Below are positions 40,584 through 51,255 of a stretch of 64,000 nt of DNA, one piece after another (within the stretch, counting starts at the first letter, position 1; each line of letters opens with the position of its first letter). The notes below the pieces were generated by a model. It was given only the letters and a program-made list of their open reading frames with translations, was not told where the DNA came from and made no database searches. Source of the DNA: an uncultured Bacilli bacterium. GTDB lineage: Bacteria > Bacillota_I > Bacilli_A > RF39 > UBA660. The position numbers and the translations under genes were made by a program. The stretch spans positions 98,009-162,008 of the forward strand of contig CANQQV010000001.1 of NCBI GenBank assembly GCA_947626095.1, in the 5' to 3' direction.

Positions 40584-40855
40584 TGTATTTGATTCCAAAA
40601 AATATAAAAACAAAAAAAGAAATATTTAAAGGATTTGGTATATTCGAGTGTATTGCAATTGCAGTATCACTTGGCATTGGGTATTTTTGTTCATTATTGA
40701 TCTCTCAATTTAAAATTAAAATGATTTTATTTTGTGTTCCACCATTACTTATGTTTTTATTATTACTTCCCTTACCTAACGGAAGTACAGCTTTAACTAT
40801 TTTAAGAAAGTTTTTTATTTATCAAAAACATCAAAAATGTTTTAAAGTGAAATAA
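40583..40855 (+). CDS. PrgI/VirB3-like membrane protein
   Basis: YLIPKNIKTKKEIFKGFG plus two TMs. Confidence 0.65.
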   Translation: MYLIPKNIKTKKEIFKGFGIFECIAIAVSLGIGYFCSLLISQFKIKMILFCVPPLLMFLLLLPLPNGSTALTILRKFFIYQKHQKCFKVK

Positions 40856-40967
40856 TTATAATTTACTTATAGCCATTTTATACTTTTTGATTATCAATCC
40901 TAGTTAAAATGGGAATTTCATGATATAATTAATTTGTTAGTTTATGTCTTAAAGGATGTGATATAAA

Positions 40968-42884
40968 ATGGCTAAAAAAGAAGTTAACACAGATTTATGG
41001 GTTAATGATATTTTAAAAGAAGCTAATATTAAATTGACAGCACAAGGATGCGATATAATTGAAATCGATAATGCATTAAAAACGGCATCAAAAAACGGAA
41101 CTGGAAATGTTGGGTTTCCTGAATATTGTGGAGTCGTAAAAGATTTTGTAATTGTTATTGAAGATAAACCAACAATCGATAAACAAGTTAAATTTGATGA
41201 AAATGGCATTTTGGATATGGATGTAAAGTCTATAAAGGATTATGCTCTAAATGGTGCTTATTTTTATGCAAAACATATTTTAGAAAATACAAATTATAAA
41301 AAAGCAATTGCATTCGGTATTAGTGGTAATGAAAAAAATCATATTATTAAACCTATATATCTTGATGGTAGAGAATATTATATGGACTTACCTGAAGTTG
41401 AAAGTTTTATTCAGTTCAATAGTGAAAATATAGATGAATACTATATTAGGGAAATTTTAAAAGAGGATACTGATGAAGAAAAAACAACTGCTGAAATTAT
41501 CAATGATGCTAAAGAACTGCACGAATACTTGAGAAACTATGGTAATTTAAAAGATACTGATAAACCATTAGTAGTAAGTGGTATTCTTCTTGCATTAAGA
41601 GAAATGGAATTCAAAAATTTTTCAATAGATCAATTAAATGGTGATAGTGAAAAAACTGACGGATTAAAAATTTATAATGCAATAGAGGATAATTTAAAAA
41701 GATCTCAAGTATCTCCTGAAACTAAAAAGGATAAATTATTATCGCAATTTGCTTTAATAAAAGACACCGTTGTACTAAACGAAATTAATCCCATATTAGG
41801 GAAAACACCTTTAAAATATTATACGGAATATTTATATCAAAAACTATATAAAACTATTAGATATAATAAAACAGCTGAAGATTATCTTGGAAGATTCTAT
41901 GGCGAATTTATGAGTTATAGTGGTGGCGATGGTCAAAGTTTAGGAATAGTTTTAACTCCAAAGCATATTTGTTCATTATTTTGTGATTTAATAGATTTAA
42001 ATGAAAATGATATCGTTCTTGATCCTTGTTGTGGTACAGCTGGATTTTTAGTATCTGCAATGCATCATATGACATCTAAAACTAGCAATCCAGATTTAAT
42101 AAGAAAAATTAAAAGAGAACAGCTACATGGCTTTGAATTACAACCTTATATGTTTACTATTGCTACAACTAATATGATATTGCGTGGTGATGGTAAAAGT
42201 AATTTAATTTGTGATGATTTTTTAGCACAAGATCCTAATAAAATACAATTGAAAGGTGCTACTGTTGGAATGATGAACCCACCTTACTCTATGGGTAAAG
42301 TTAGTCCTGAAAAGTGTGAGTTAAGTTTTGTAGAGCATTTATTAGATTCTCTTACAACTGATGCTCGTTGTATAGTTATTGTTCCACAAAGTGCAATGAC
42401 TGGTAAAAATGGATATGAAAAAGCAATCAAAAAGAATATTTATAAAAAGCATACTTTAGAAGGGGTAATTACTCTTAATACTGATACATTTCACGGTGTT
42501 GGAACAAATCCTTGTATTGCAATATTTACTGCTCATGTTCCTCATAATAAAAATAAAATTTGTAAATTTATAAATTTTGAGAATGATGGATTTGTTGTTC
42601 AAAAACATAGAGGATTGGTTGAAACAGAAATTGCTAAAGATAAAAAACAACATTTGCTTGATGTTTGGAATGATAGAATTGAGTCATCAACTAAATTTTG
42701 TGTTAAAACTACTGTGGAAGATGATGATGAGTGGTTACATTCTTTTTACTATTTTAATGATGAAATACCTACTGAGGATGACTTTGAAAAAACAATGGCT
42801 GACTATTTAACCTTTGAATTTTCAATGGTAATGCAAAATAGAGATTATCTATTTAAAGGTGGCGATCATAATGAACTTGAATGA
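40968..42884 (+). CDS. BcgI-like type IIB RM endonuclease-methyltransferase subunit
   Basis: N-terminal PE...EDK nuclease motif; DPCCGTAGF and NPPY; 638 aa. Confidence 0.85.
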   Translation: MAKKEVNTDLWVNDILKEANIKLTAQGCDIIEIDNALKTASKNGTGNVGFPEYCGVVKDFVIVIEDKPTIDKQVKFDENGILDMDVKSIKDYALNGAYFYAKHILENTNYKKAIAFGISGNEKNHIIKPIYLDGREYYMDLPEVESFIQFNSENIDEYYIREILKEDTDEEKTTAEIINDAKELHEYLRNYGNLKDTDKPLVVSGILLALREMEFKNFSIDQLNGDSEKTDGLKIYNAIEDNLKRSQVSPETKKDKLLSQFALIKDTVVLNEINPILGKTPLKYYTEYLYQKLYKTIRYNKTAEDYLGRFYGEFMSYSGGDGQSLGIVLTPKHICSLFCDLIDLNENDIVLDPCCGTAGFLVSAMHHMTSKTSNPDLIRKIKREQLHGFELQPYMFTIATTNMILRGDGKSNLICDDFLAQDPNKIQLKGATVGMMNPPYSMGKVSPEKCELSFVEHLLDSLTTDARCIVIVPQSAMTGKNGYEKAIKKNIYKKHTLEGVITLNTDTFHGVGTNPCIAIFTAHVPHNKNKICKFINFENDGFVVQKHRGLVETEIAKDKKQHLLDVWNDRIESSTKFCVKTTVEDDDEWLHSFYYFNDEIPTEDDFEKTMADYLTFEFSMVMQNRDYLFKGGDHNELE

Positions 42885-43941
42885 TAAAGAATGGAGACCA
42901 TTTCCATTAGATAGTTTAGAAAAAGATGGAATTTTTAATATTTTTTCTACATCTAGTGGTATTGATAAAAACAAACTCGAAAATTTAGAAGGCAATATAC
43001 CATATATTACTAGAACTGACAAAAACAACGGAATAGAAAACTTTATAGGTAAACAACTAAATTCAAAATGGAATATCGATAAAGGAAATGTAATAACAAT
43101 TGGATTAGATACTCAAACAGTTTTTTATCAACCAAATTATTTTTATACAGGGCAAAATATACAAATATTAAGTAATGACAATTTAAATTACTATACTGCA
43201 ATGTTTATTATTCCTTTACTGAAAATTCTTTTAAAAAAATTTAGTTGGGGTGGAAATGGAGCAACACTAACAAGATTAAAAAAAAGTAAAATAATGTTAC
43301 CTATAAATGATAATGGGACTCCTGATTATATATTTATGGAAACATATACAAAAGAAAAAGAAAAAAATATGTTAAAAAAATATGTTGAATATATAAAAGT
43401 TCAAGATAAGTTCGATATGAATTCTATATCTCGTATAGTTTCATGGAAAGAATTTAAAATTAGTGATATATTCAATGAAATATCTAGGGGTAAAAGATTA
43501 AAAAAAGATAATCATATAGTTGGTAATATACCCTATGTATCTTCAACAATGCTAAACAATGGAGTTGATGGATTTATTGGTAACTCTAACGGAAGATCAT
43601 TTAATAATTGTATAACAATTGCAAATAGTGGTTCAGTTGGTTATAGTTTTTATCATCCTTATAATTTTATTGGTAGTGATCATGTAACAGCATTGAAAAA
43701 TAAAAGTTATGATAAATATATTTATTTATATATATCTACTATGTTAAAAACTTTAAGTGAAAAATATAGTTTTAATAGAGAGATAAATGATTATAGAATA
43801 AATAAGGAAAAAGTATTGTTGCCAATTAATCCAAAAACAAATGAAATAGATTTCGAATATATGGAACAACATATGAAAAAAGTAATGATTAATCAAATTA
43901 AAAAATACTTGAATTATGTTGAAAATAGAATTTATGGTTAG
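42871..43941 (+). CDS. RM specificity subunit (two TRDs)
   Basis: Two repeats GNIPY...LP...FMExY; overlaps the MTase stop. Confidence 0.85.
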   Translation: MNLNDKEWRPFPLDSLEKDGIFNIFSTSSGIDKNKLENLEGNIPYITRTDKNNGIENFIGKQLNSKWNIDKGNVITIGLDTQTVFYQPNYFYTGQNIQILSNDNLNYYTAMFIIPLLKILLKKFSWGGNGATLTRLKKSKIMLPINDNGTPDYIFMETYTKEKEKNMLKKYVEYIKVQDKFDMNSISRIVSWKEFKISDIFNEISRGKRLKKDNHIVGNIPYVSSTMLNNGVDGFIGNSNGRSFNNCITIANSGSVGYSFYHPYNFIGSDHVTALKNKSYDKYIYLYISTMLKTLSEKYSFNREINDYRINKEKVLLPINPKTNEIDFEYMEQHMKKVMINQIKKYLNYVENRIYG

Positions 43942-43972
43942 CACTCGCTAATCTTTTTTTATGGGAGGAATT

Positions 43973-44104
43973 ATGAAATATGTTATTATAGGGCTAATAG
44001 GAATATTAGTTCTTTTTATTTACTCTGCTTGTGTTGTATCAAGTAGATGTTCTCGTGAAGAAGAAAAATGGAGGGATGAAAATGAGCATTCTACAAGAAT
44101 ATGA
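43973..44104 (+). CDS. 43-aa single-TM protein (not in ORF track)
   Basis: GGAGG RBS, MKYVIIGLIGILVLFIYSAC... Confidence 0.6.
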   Translation: MKYVIIGLIGILVLFIYSACVVSSRCSREEEKWRDENEHSTRI

Positions 44105-44594
44105 ACAAATTAGAAAAGAAATGGGTTCTACTCGTTTCGATGCTATTGGTGATTATCTCAATGAAATCAATAAGAATAGCAATACTGAATTGTTTTTATC
44201 TGATGTCTTATATAAGCAACAAGAATATGCCAAGTTTGATGCTTGGTTTTTAGATCAAATAGCACCTTTTAAATTATTTGAACAAGACAATTCTATTGCT
44301 CTAATTTTAGATGAAGAAGATTTTAAAAGCGATGCTTTTGTTAATCGTGAAGTAGATCAAATATACTCTAATGGTTATGGATGGGATCAAGTTATAAAAT
44401 CATATATCAATGATCATTTTCCTAATATGTTAGATAATGTATATTTCGATTCGGAGCTATCAATGTTTTGTGTTTATTTTAATGATAAAAGAGACTTTGA
44501 CGAATTATCTTATAACTTTATTAAGTTATATAAAGATGATGTTGCCTTAAAAGATTATATTGATAATATGAAAATTATTGATATCAATATATAA
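44082..44594 (+). CDS. protein with Imm51-like C-terminal domain
   Basis: NGYGW...FDSELSMFCVY. Confidence 0.55.
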   Translation: MSILQEYEQIRKEMGSTRFDAIGDYLNEINKNSNTELFLSDVLYKQQEYAKFDAWFLDQIAPFKLFEQDNSIALILDEEDFKSDAFVNREVDQIYSNGYGWDQVIKSYINDHFPNMLDNVYFDSELSMFCVYFNDKRDFDELSYNFIKLYKDDVALKDYIDNMKIIDINI

Positions 44595-44606
44595 GGGGGA
44601 TGGGAT

Positions 44607-44963
44607 ATAGAAAAAAGGAAAAAATTAAAATATAATAATCAATTATGGTTTGTTAATGTTTCTTCTTATAATAACGGAAGAATGAAACTTACCATTTCAA
44701 ATAGAAAAGAAATTAAAGAAATTACTATTGATTTAGATGATGCCTACTTAAAAGATGGGCATATTTTTTTAAATCCTGAAGTCAAAGATAATGGTATTCT
44801 TAAAGTTCTTAAAAAAAGTCGTATTATTAGAGAGATAGATGGTACTCTTTGTTATGATTATACAATGATTCCTATTGCTCTTACTAATAATGGAATACTT
44901 AAAACTTATGATTATTCAGGTGTTTTAAATTATCTTGATTTTATAAATAATAAGGAGGACTGA
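44607..44963 (+). CDS. hypothetical protein (ATA start proposed)
   Basis: AAGGGGG, 7 nt, ATA; in frame with 44682 ORF. Confidence 0.6.
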   Translation: MEKRKKLKYNNQLWFVNVSSYNNGRMKLTISNRKEIKEITIDLDDAYLKDGHIFLNPEVKDNGILKVLKKSRIIREIDGTLCYDYTMIPIALTNNGILKTYDYSGVLNYLDFINNKED

Positions 44964-44966
44964 TCT

Positions 44967-45209
44967 ATAAAGAATGATAGATTAAAATTATATAATTCTA
45001 CTCTAACGATAAGGTTAGATAAAAAAGAAAAAGATACTTTAAAGCGAAATGCTTATAAAAATAAAATGACAATGTCTAATTATATTAGATTACTTATTTC
45101 TATGGATAATAGATTATGTGAAATTCAAAAGAATAAGGATAAAAATAATAAGTATGCATCTGAAATCTCTAAAATTATGATAAATATTGGGAGGGATTTA
45201 GATGTTTAA
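44967..45209 (+). CDS. ribbon-helix-helix protein with ATA start (not in ORF track)
   Basis: GGAGG, 8 nt, ATA; TLTIRLDKKEKDTLKRNAYKNKMTMSNYIR. Confidence 0.7.
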   Translation: MKNDRLKLYNSTLTIRLDKKEKDTLKRNAYKNKMTMSNYIRLLISMDNRLCEIQKNKDKNNKYASEISKIMINIGRDLDV

Positions 45210-47562
45210 GAAAAAAACAAAATTACCTAAAAATATAGCAGACTTTATTCCCTTTCAGGATGTTTGGAATAACCTAGTATATCTTGATAATAATAAAATC
45301 GTTGCAGGTATTAAAATAGGTTCTATTAACTTACATTTATTATTTGATGAAGAACAAAAAATTAAAGTTGCTGAACTTAAAAAGGTTTTAAATTCTATTG
45401 ATTACCCTGTTAAAATATTTAGTGTCGATAAACCTATCAATTTAGATGATAACTTAAATATTTTAGGATCTAAAATTAAATCTGAAAACAATAAACATAA
45501 AATTCAGTTATTGGAGGAAGATTATAATTTTGTACAGGATCTAAATAGTAAGAAATGGGTAGTTAATCGTGAATTTTATTTAATTGTTGAAGAAGATTCG
45601 GCAAACGAACAATTACTTAATCAAAAAGTTAATGATCTTATTCAAGAATTTATTTCTATTGGATTACATAGTGAACGAGTATCTTCAGAGGAATGGCGAG
45701 ATCTATTATATGTTATTTTAAACCCTGTAACATCGCTCGATGTCTTTAAAAAAGATGCCACAGGTATAACTCGTTCATTTAAAGAGAAAATCGCTCCAAA
45801 TGGCTTAAAAATCAATGAAAAAGATATAATTATGGGTGATGCTTATGTTAGTGTCGTAACTTTAAGAACCTACCCATCTATCGTTGGTGTTGGATGGCTT
45901 GGAGCTGTTGCTAATGTTAATCATACTCGTATGGTTATGACTATTAGTCCAATGGATGCACTTGAAATAAGTAATACTTTGAAAAAAAGTATGTCAGAGG
46001 TTAAATCAAAACTAATGAATACCAATAATTATAATGATGAAGTTGTTTTAAATAATCAGTTAGATGATTATGTTCAACTTGTTAATCGTATTGATCGTGA
46101 ACATGAAAAGTTTTCATTATTGACGGTCAATTTTTTATGTTATGGGGATTCAAAAGAAAATATGGAACGAGCTAAAAAAGAACTTAAAACCACTCTTTCT
46201 GCCTATGGTATGGGTGGTACTGATTTAATGTTCGAACAAGAACGATCATTAAAAATGTGTTTGCCTACCATGTATCGTGATTTAGAAAAAGAATTTGGAT
46301 TGCCTATACCGATGATGACTGTGGCATCTTCCTTTCCTTTCATCTTTCAAACTTTGCAAGATGATGGCGATGCTATGATGCTTGGTACTGATTCACTTGG
46401 TAGTTTATTATTCTTTGACTTATGGAAAAGGACAAGTAAAAGAAATAACTCTAATGCTGTAATTATTGGTAAGTCGGGATCTGGTAAATCTACTTTAATT
46501 AAAAAACTGATTCGTGGTACTTGGTGTCGTGGTTCTAAAGTTATAGTAATAGATCCTGAACGAGAATATAAGGACTTATGTGAAAATATTAACGGAACAT
46601 GGATTGATTGTGGAACTGGATCACAAGGAATTATAAATCCTTTGGAGGTTCGTAGAGGTAATGATGACTCTGATGAAGATAAGAAAATTGCTAACAATGA
46701 TTTATCAAGGCATTTTCAAACTTTTAGAACCTTTATTAAGTATTATTTACAAGATTTAAGTGCTTATGAATTAACTAAAATCGAAGAAATACTTATTGAA
46801 GTTTATAAGGACAAAGGTATTGATTTTGATACTGATTTATCTACTTTAACGAGTGAAGATTACCCAACTATGCAAGACTTATATAATAAAGTTGTTGAAA
46901 CTTTAAAGGTTGCTAAAGCCAATAAAGAAGCTCGTAATGTTGTTGAGTCTTTGGAAAAGATTTCTTCTATGTTAAAGAAATCTACTATTGGAGCTGATGC
47001 TCGTATCTTTAATGGGCATTCAAGTATAAATGTAGATAATTCATCAGACTTTATTGTTTTAGATATTCATAGTTTAGTTGATTCAGATGAAACTATTTTA
47101 AGAACTCAATTCTTTAATATTTTATCTTGGTGTTGGAACGAGATAAGTCGTGATAGAAACGAACAAGTAATTCTTGTTTGTGATGAGGCACATTTACTTA
47201 TCGATCCTAACAATAAGGATGGTATTGATTTCTTAAAAAGAACTGCTAAAAGAATAAGAAAATATAACGGATCTCTTTGGATAATTAGTCAAAACTTAAT
47301 CGATTTTACTTCACAAGGAATTGAAAGATTCGGTCAAGTAATTATTGATAATAGTTCCTACATTGTGGTAATGGCTCAAGGTCAAAAAGAAATTGAGGCA
47401 GTTCAAAAAATGATGAATTTATCGGAGTCCGAGATTCAATTCCTTACAACTGCATCTCGAGGTCAAGGTTTATTTGTCATAAGTCAGGACACAAGATTAC
47501 CTATTCAAATTCATTTAAGGGAGGAAGAAAAAGAATTATTTGGTAATGCAGGTGGTAGATAA
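45202..47562 (+). CDS. virB4: VirB4-like T4SS ATPase
   Basis: GKSGSGKS, IDPEREY, DEAH, RIRKYNG. Confidence 0.92.
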   Translation: MFKKKTKLPKNIADFIPFQDVWNNLVYLDNNKIVAGIKIGSINLHLLFDEEQKIKVAELKKVLNSIDYPVKIFSVDKPINLDDNLNILGSKIKSENNKHKIQLLEEDYNFVQDLNSKKWVVNREFYLIVEEDSANEQLLNQKVNDLIQEFISIGLHSERVSSEEWRDLLYVILNPVTSLDVFKKDATGITRSFKEKIAPNGLKINEKDIIMGDAYVSVVTLRTYPSIVGVGWLGAVANVNHTRMVMTISPMDALEISNTLKKSMSEVKSKLMNTNNYNDEVVLNNQLDDYVQLVNRIDREHEKFSLLTVNFLCYGDSKENMERAKKELKTTLSAYGMGGTDLMFEQERSLKMCLPTMYRDLEKEFGLPIPMMTVASSFPFIFQTLQDDGDAMMLGTDSLGSLLFFDLWKRTSKRNNSNAVIIGKSGSGKSTLIKKLIRGTWCRGSKVIVIDPEREYKDLCENINGTWIDCGTGSQGIINPLEVRRGNDDSDEDKKIANNDLSRHFQTFRTFIKYYLQDLSAYELTKIEEILIEVYKDKGIDFDTDLSTLTSEDYPTMQDLYNKVVETLKVAKANKEARNVVESLEKISSMLKKSTIGADARIFNGHSSINVDNSSDFIVLDIHSLVDSDETILRTQFFNILSWCWNEISRDRNEQVILVCDEAHLLIDPNNKDGIDFLKRTAKRIRKYNGSLWIISQNLIDFTSQGIERFGQVIIDNSSYIVVMAQGQKEIEAVQKMMNLSESEIQFLTTASRGQGLFVISQDTRLPIQIHLREEEKELFGNAGGR

Positions 47563-48200
47563 TGCAGGATATGAAAAAAATATATATCTTTCTTTCGTGT
47601 TGTCCTGTTCTTGTAGTAGTATTAGTTTTCTTTTTAATATTGATGGTATGTTCTTCATCTAGTTCTGATTCCTCGGCTGTTCCTGTTGGTGATATTATGG
47701 AGTTTAATGCCCCATTTAAAATGGGTGTTAATTACACCATTACTTCCCCTTATGGGTCAAGAAAAGATCCTTTCACTGGTGAGGAGTCCTTTCATAGTGG
47801 TATAGATTTGGCAGCACCTGTTGGTACTGAAATTGTGGCATCAGCAAGTGGTACTGTCTATAAAACTGGTTATGAAGAAAACGGATTAGGTAACTATGTA
47901 AAATTAGAGCACACCGTTAGTGGCATAAAATACTATACTGCTTATGGTCACATGAGTGATAATTCGATTGTTGTAAGTGAAGGTCAAATAGTCACTCAAG
48001 GTCAAAAATTAGGTATTATTGGTATGTCAGGAAGAGCAACTGGTGTTCATGTTCACTTTATGCTTATGACACCCAATTGTACCTATAATAGTTCGGATTT
48101 GAAAGATCCACAAATGATAATAGATAACGATTTAGCAAGGAGGAATAAATATAAACTACCAACAATCCAACCAAGACCAACTTATGGAGTCACAAAGTGA
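47562..48200 (+). CDS. M23 peptidoglycan endopeptidase
   Basis: HSGID, YGH, GVHVHF; N-terminal TM. Confidence 0.9.
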   Translation: MQDMKKIYIFLSCCPVLVVVLVFFLILMVCSSSSSDSSAVPVGDIMEFNAPFKMGVNYTITSPYGSRKDPFTGEESFHSGIDLAAPVGTEIVASASGTVYKTGYEENGLGNYVKLEHTVSGIKYYTAYGHMSDNSIVVSEGQIVTQGQKLGIIGMSGRATGVHVHFMLMTPNCTYNSSDLKDPQMIIDNDLARRNKYKLPTIQPRPTYGVTK

Positions 48201-48414
48201 TTTAATAGAAAGTTATGCTTTACAAGTTGCTAGTGTTCTTCATAAAACTGGTAAAGGTTCATTTACAATGGATGAGATTTGTGAAAAAGTAAAAGAACTT
48301 GTTAAGGAAGAAGAACTTGTAGAACCTGTTGTAATTGAGGTTAAACAACTTCTAATTAACAAGTATAATTTTGAAATTATAAATACTAATATTAAGTTTG
48401 ATATTGAAATATAA
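48184..48414 (+). CDS. hypothetical protein
   Basis: Overlaps upstream stop; ends FDIEI. Confidence 0.6.
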   Translation: MESQSDLIESYALQVASVLHKTGKGSFTMDEICEKVKELVKEEELVEPVVIEVKQLLINKYNFEIINTNIKFDIEI

Positions 48415-48600
48415 AGGTTCTTCTTTTGTTTCAGTATTAAGTTTTTAAGTTATAAAAAAGGTTCTTTCAATACCCTTTTAGGTAGTTATAATGTTATAAC
48501 ATTTGTTAGACTTAAAGCCCTATTTTTAAAGATTTCGGTATAAATGCTGTTAGACAAAAGACAGACAAATAGAAAAATGTATGACAAAGCAAGACTTTGG

Positions 48601-48670
48601 AAACCCTTTAAATTAGGGCTAAACTACCCACTGGGTAGTTGTTTGTCAGCCGTACTTATCCTGATAACAA
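48601..48670 (+). other. putative oriT
   Basis: Inverted repeat AACTACCCA-C-TGGGTAGTT (48622-48640) then TATCCTG (48657-48663), like the IncP nic core; upstream of RHH/relaxase genes. Confidence 0.7.
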
Positions 48671-48759
48671 ATGGTCTTAAAATTGTGTCCTATTTCTCGT
48701 GAATTTCAAAATAACTGATGTCCTTGTTTTGTGGCATCATTTTATATGGAGGTGATATT

Positions 48760-48936
48760 ATAAATAATAACAATGGATGTACTTTTATTAAGTTTAGAAT
48801 TGATGATAATCTAAATACTGCTTTTAAAAGTATTTTAGAAAAAGAAAAAATAACTCAACAAGATCTACTCGAAAAATTAGTTAAAGAATATGTATTAAGT
48901 AACCTTAACCTATTGATAAGTAAGGATAATAAATGA
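48760..48936 (+). CDS. RHH relaxosome accessory protein (ATA start proposed)
   Basis: GGAGG, 7 nt, ATA; FIKFRIDD...QQDLLEKLVKEYV. Confidence 0.65.
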   Translation: MNNNNGCTFIKFRIDDNLNTAFKSILEKEKITQQDLLEKLVKEYVLSNLNLLISKDNK

Positions 48937-49355
48937 AAGAAGAACGCATAACTATTCGAGTCACTCCTGAAGATAAAAAAGAAATTGAGCTACTTGCTGA
49001 TAAATATAAAATGAATGTATCTAGATTCGTTTATAATACCTTAAAAGAAAAAATGGATACTGATAAACTTACCGATAGCCAAGAACAATTTATGGAGCTT
49101 TTTGATATCGCTTTTAAGAAAAGTTTTGATACTTTCTTTAAGCAATTAATGGTGGTCTTAAATCGTGTGGAGTTTAATAGTAGATGGTCTATTAAACAAA
49201 CGGATATATTTATGAACCAGTTAAAGATACCTCAATCAAGGGATGAATTAAGTCTATCTATTATTGATCATCCTGTAACTGAAGTAGCCCATGAACAGGT
49301 ACTTAAAGACATAAGAAAAATGTCGAGTAAAAAGCACGAGCTAGATAATGAGTAG
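48933..49355 (+). CDS. MobC-like RHH protein
   Basis: RITIRVTPEDKKEI...NVSRFV. Confidence 0.75.
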   Translation: MKEERITIRVTPEDKKEIELLADKYKMNVSRFVYNTLKEKMDTDKLTDSQEQFMELFDIAFKKSFDTFFKQLMVVLNRVEFNSRWSIKQTDIFMNQLKIPQSRDELSLSIIDHPVTEVAHEQVLKDIRKMSSKKHELDNE

Positions 49356-50787
49356 TTCTAATATTGTGGTTCGTGTTAAGTACCAGTCTTGTAGTGATTT
49401 ACGAAAAAGTGTTGCCAAGACTATTAGTTATATTAGTGATAAGAAAAAAGCCGATGCTACTTCTATTGATGAATACGATATATTAAAAGACTATATGCAA
49501 TTTGCTAGTAATGATTCGTATTTATATGAAGATAAGGAGTCATTTACTTGGTCTAATGATGGTGATATTGATGCTAGTTATAATTTAAAAAATATAAATA
49601 ATTTAGATCCTAAAGGTACTCTTTGGAGTTTAGTAATTTCCTTTCCACCAGAGTTTGCCATTAACAATGGTCTAATAACAAAAGTAGATTATTACAATCT
49701 AACAAAAAACTTTATGCCATCATTTTTAACTGGTATGGGATTTAAAATGAATAATGTAACTTGGTATTGTAGTTTGCATCGTAATACTGATAATCCCCAT
49801 TTGCATATTAACTTTTTCGAACATCATAAAACAATAAGCAACCCCAAAGTTCCTTATGATCTTATCTATAAATTGAAAAGTAATATTGCTAATTATTTAA
49901 TAGATAATGAAAAGTTTTATAGACTTCGTGATGAAGAATTTAAATCAATAACTGGTTCTATTTCTCTTGCTGAATTAACAAGAATTAAAAATCAAAAGTT
50001 ATTCGGTGATAAATATAGAAAAGATTTAAATAAAATGCTACTTGAATTATACGATGTTCTTCCTGCAACTGGTAGACTTCAATATAATTCAAAAAATATG
50101 AGACCATATAAAGAACAGCTTAATAGGATAATTGAATTTATTTTATTACATGATTCAACTAAATATAAGTATGCTCGTTATATAAAATTATTAGATGAAC
50201 ATCAAAAAGAATTAACGGCAATTTATGGTTCTTCTTCTGCAAATAAAAATTTGGAATACTATAATCATCAAATCAATAAACTTTATTCTAAAATAGGAAA
50301 TGAGATTTTATCTAATTACAAAGTTTATCAATCATTAGATAAGATGGATCGTGAAAAAGAATTTTTAAATAAGCATATTAAGGATCTAAAATTCAAAAGT
50401 AGTCCTTATCGTAAAAAAGAAAACATTGATAGTGTTGCTAAAGACTTAAATAAATTATGTAATCTTGCAGGACTCAATTATTTAGAAAAACGATATGTCT
50501 TTACTAATTGGATATCAAAATCAAAATATAAAATTGATGTAGATGCTTTATTAAGTAGTATGGATAATTCAAAACCTGAAATGAGTTCTACTGAATTTTA
50601 TACTATATTAAGAAAACTAAATTATGATTATGATCGATATTCAAAATATAAAAGTAAAATGTTCTATCAAGAACTTAATTATAAAAAGTTTATCAATCAA
50701 GCTATGAATTATCTTGAATACGAATTAGAGCAAGAAGAAAAACAAATTATCAATGATTTAGAATATGAGCTATCTGATTATAAATAA
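49348..50787 (+). CDS. HUH relaxase (MobL/MOBP-like)
   Basis: ISYI, LWSLVISF, HRNTDNPHLH. Confidence 0.88.
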   Translation: MSSSNIVVRVKYQSCSDLRKSVAKTISYISDKKKADATSIDEYDILKDYMQFASNDSYLYEDKESFTWSNDGDIDASYNLKNINNLDPKGTLWSLVISFPPEFAINNGLITKVDYYNLTKNFMPSFLTGMGFKMNNVTWYCSLHRNTDNPHLHINFFEHHKTISNPKVPYDLIYKLKSNIANYLIDNEKFYRLRDEEFKSITGSISLAELTRIKNQKLFGDKYRKDLNKMLLELYDVLPATGRLQYNSKNMRPYKEQLNRIIEFILLHDSTKYKYARYIKLLDEHQKELTAIYGSSSANKNLEYYNHQINKLYSKIGNEILSNYKVYQSLDKMDREKEFLNKHIKDLKFKSSPYRKKENIDSVAKDLNKLCNLAGLNYLEKRYVFTNWISKSKYKIDVDALLSSMDNSKPEMSSTEFYTILRKLNYDYDRYSKYKSKMFYQELNYKKFINQAMNYLEYELEQEEKQIINDLEYELSDYK

Positions 50788-50825
50788 GTATGTTATAATT
50801 CTATATGGAGAGGTAATTTAAATAT

Positions 50826-51224
50826 ATGGAACAATTAGATTTAAAATTAGATGAATATAAAAAGTCTTTAATTACAATTAACATTAGTGACCAGTATTGG
50901 TGTATGGTAGACTTATGTTTTGAAAATGAATATTTTAAATATAATAATTGTTCAGAGATGTTGCAAAAAACGGAAGTTAAAAGGATCTATGAAACTTTAA
51001 CTTCCTGTTTAGCAGGTCGACTTGCAGATAATACTAAATTGTCATTCGATGAAGATTATTTGCAATTCTATTTTTACAAAGATAAAATAGATAATCAACA
51101 TTGTGTCGAATTAAGAATATTCACTTTTATAGATGAATACAGGGATTATTATTCAGTAATGTTAACTACACCAGAAATGAGTGAGTTAAGGGATTATTTA
51201 TATGAATTAGTAAAAAAGTTTTAA
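50826..51224 (+). CDS. hypothetical protein
   Basis: Own TGTTATAAT promoter; terminator after stop. Confidence 0.65.
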   Translation: MEQLDLKLDEYKKSLITINISDQYWCMVDLCFENEYFKYNNCSEMLQKTEVKRIYETLTSCLAGRLADNTKLSFDEDYLQFYFYKDKIDNQHCVELRIFTFIDEYRDYYSVMLTTPEMSELRDYLYELVKKF

Positions 51225-51255
51225 TAAAAAAGTAGTATGATTTTTATTTTTCATA

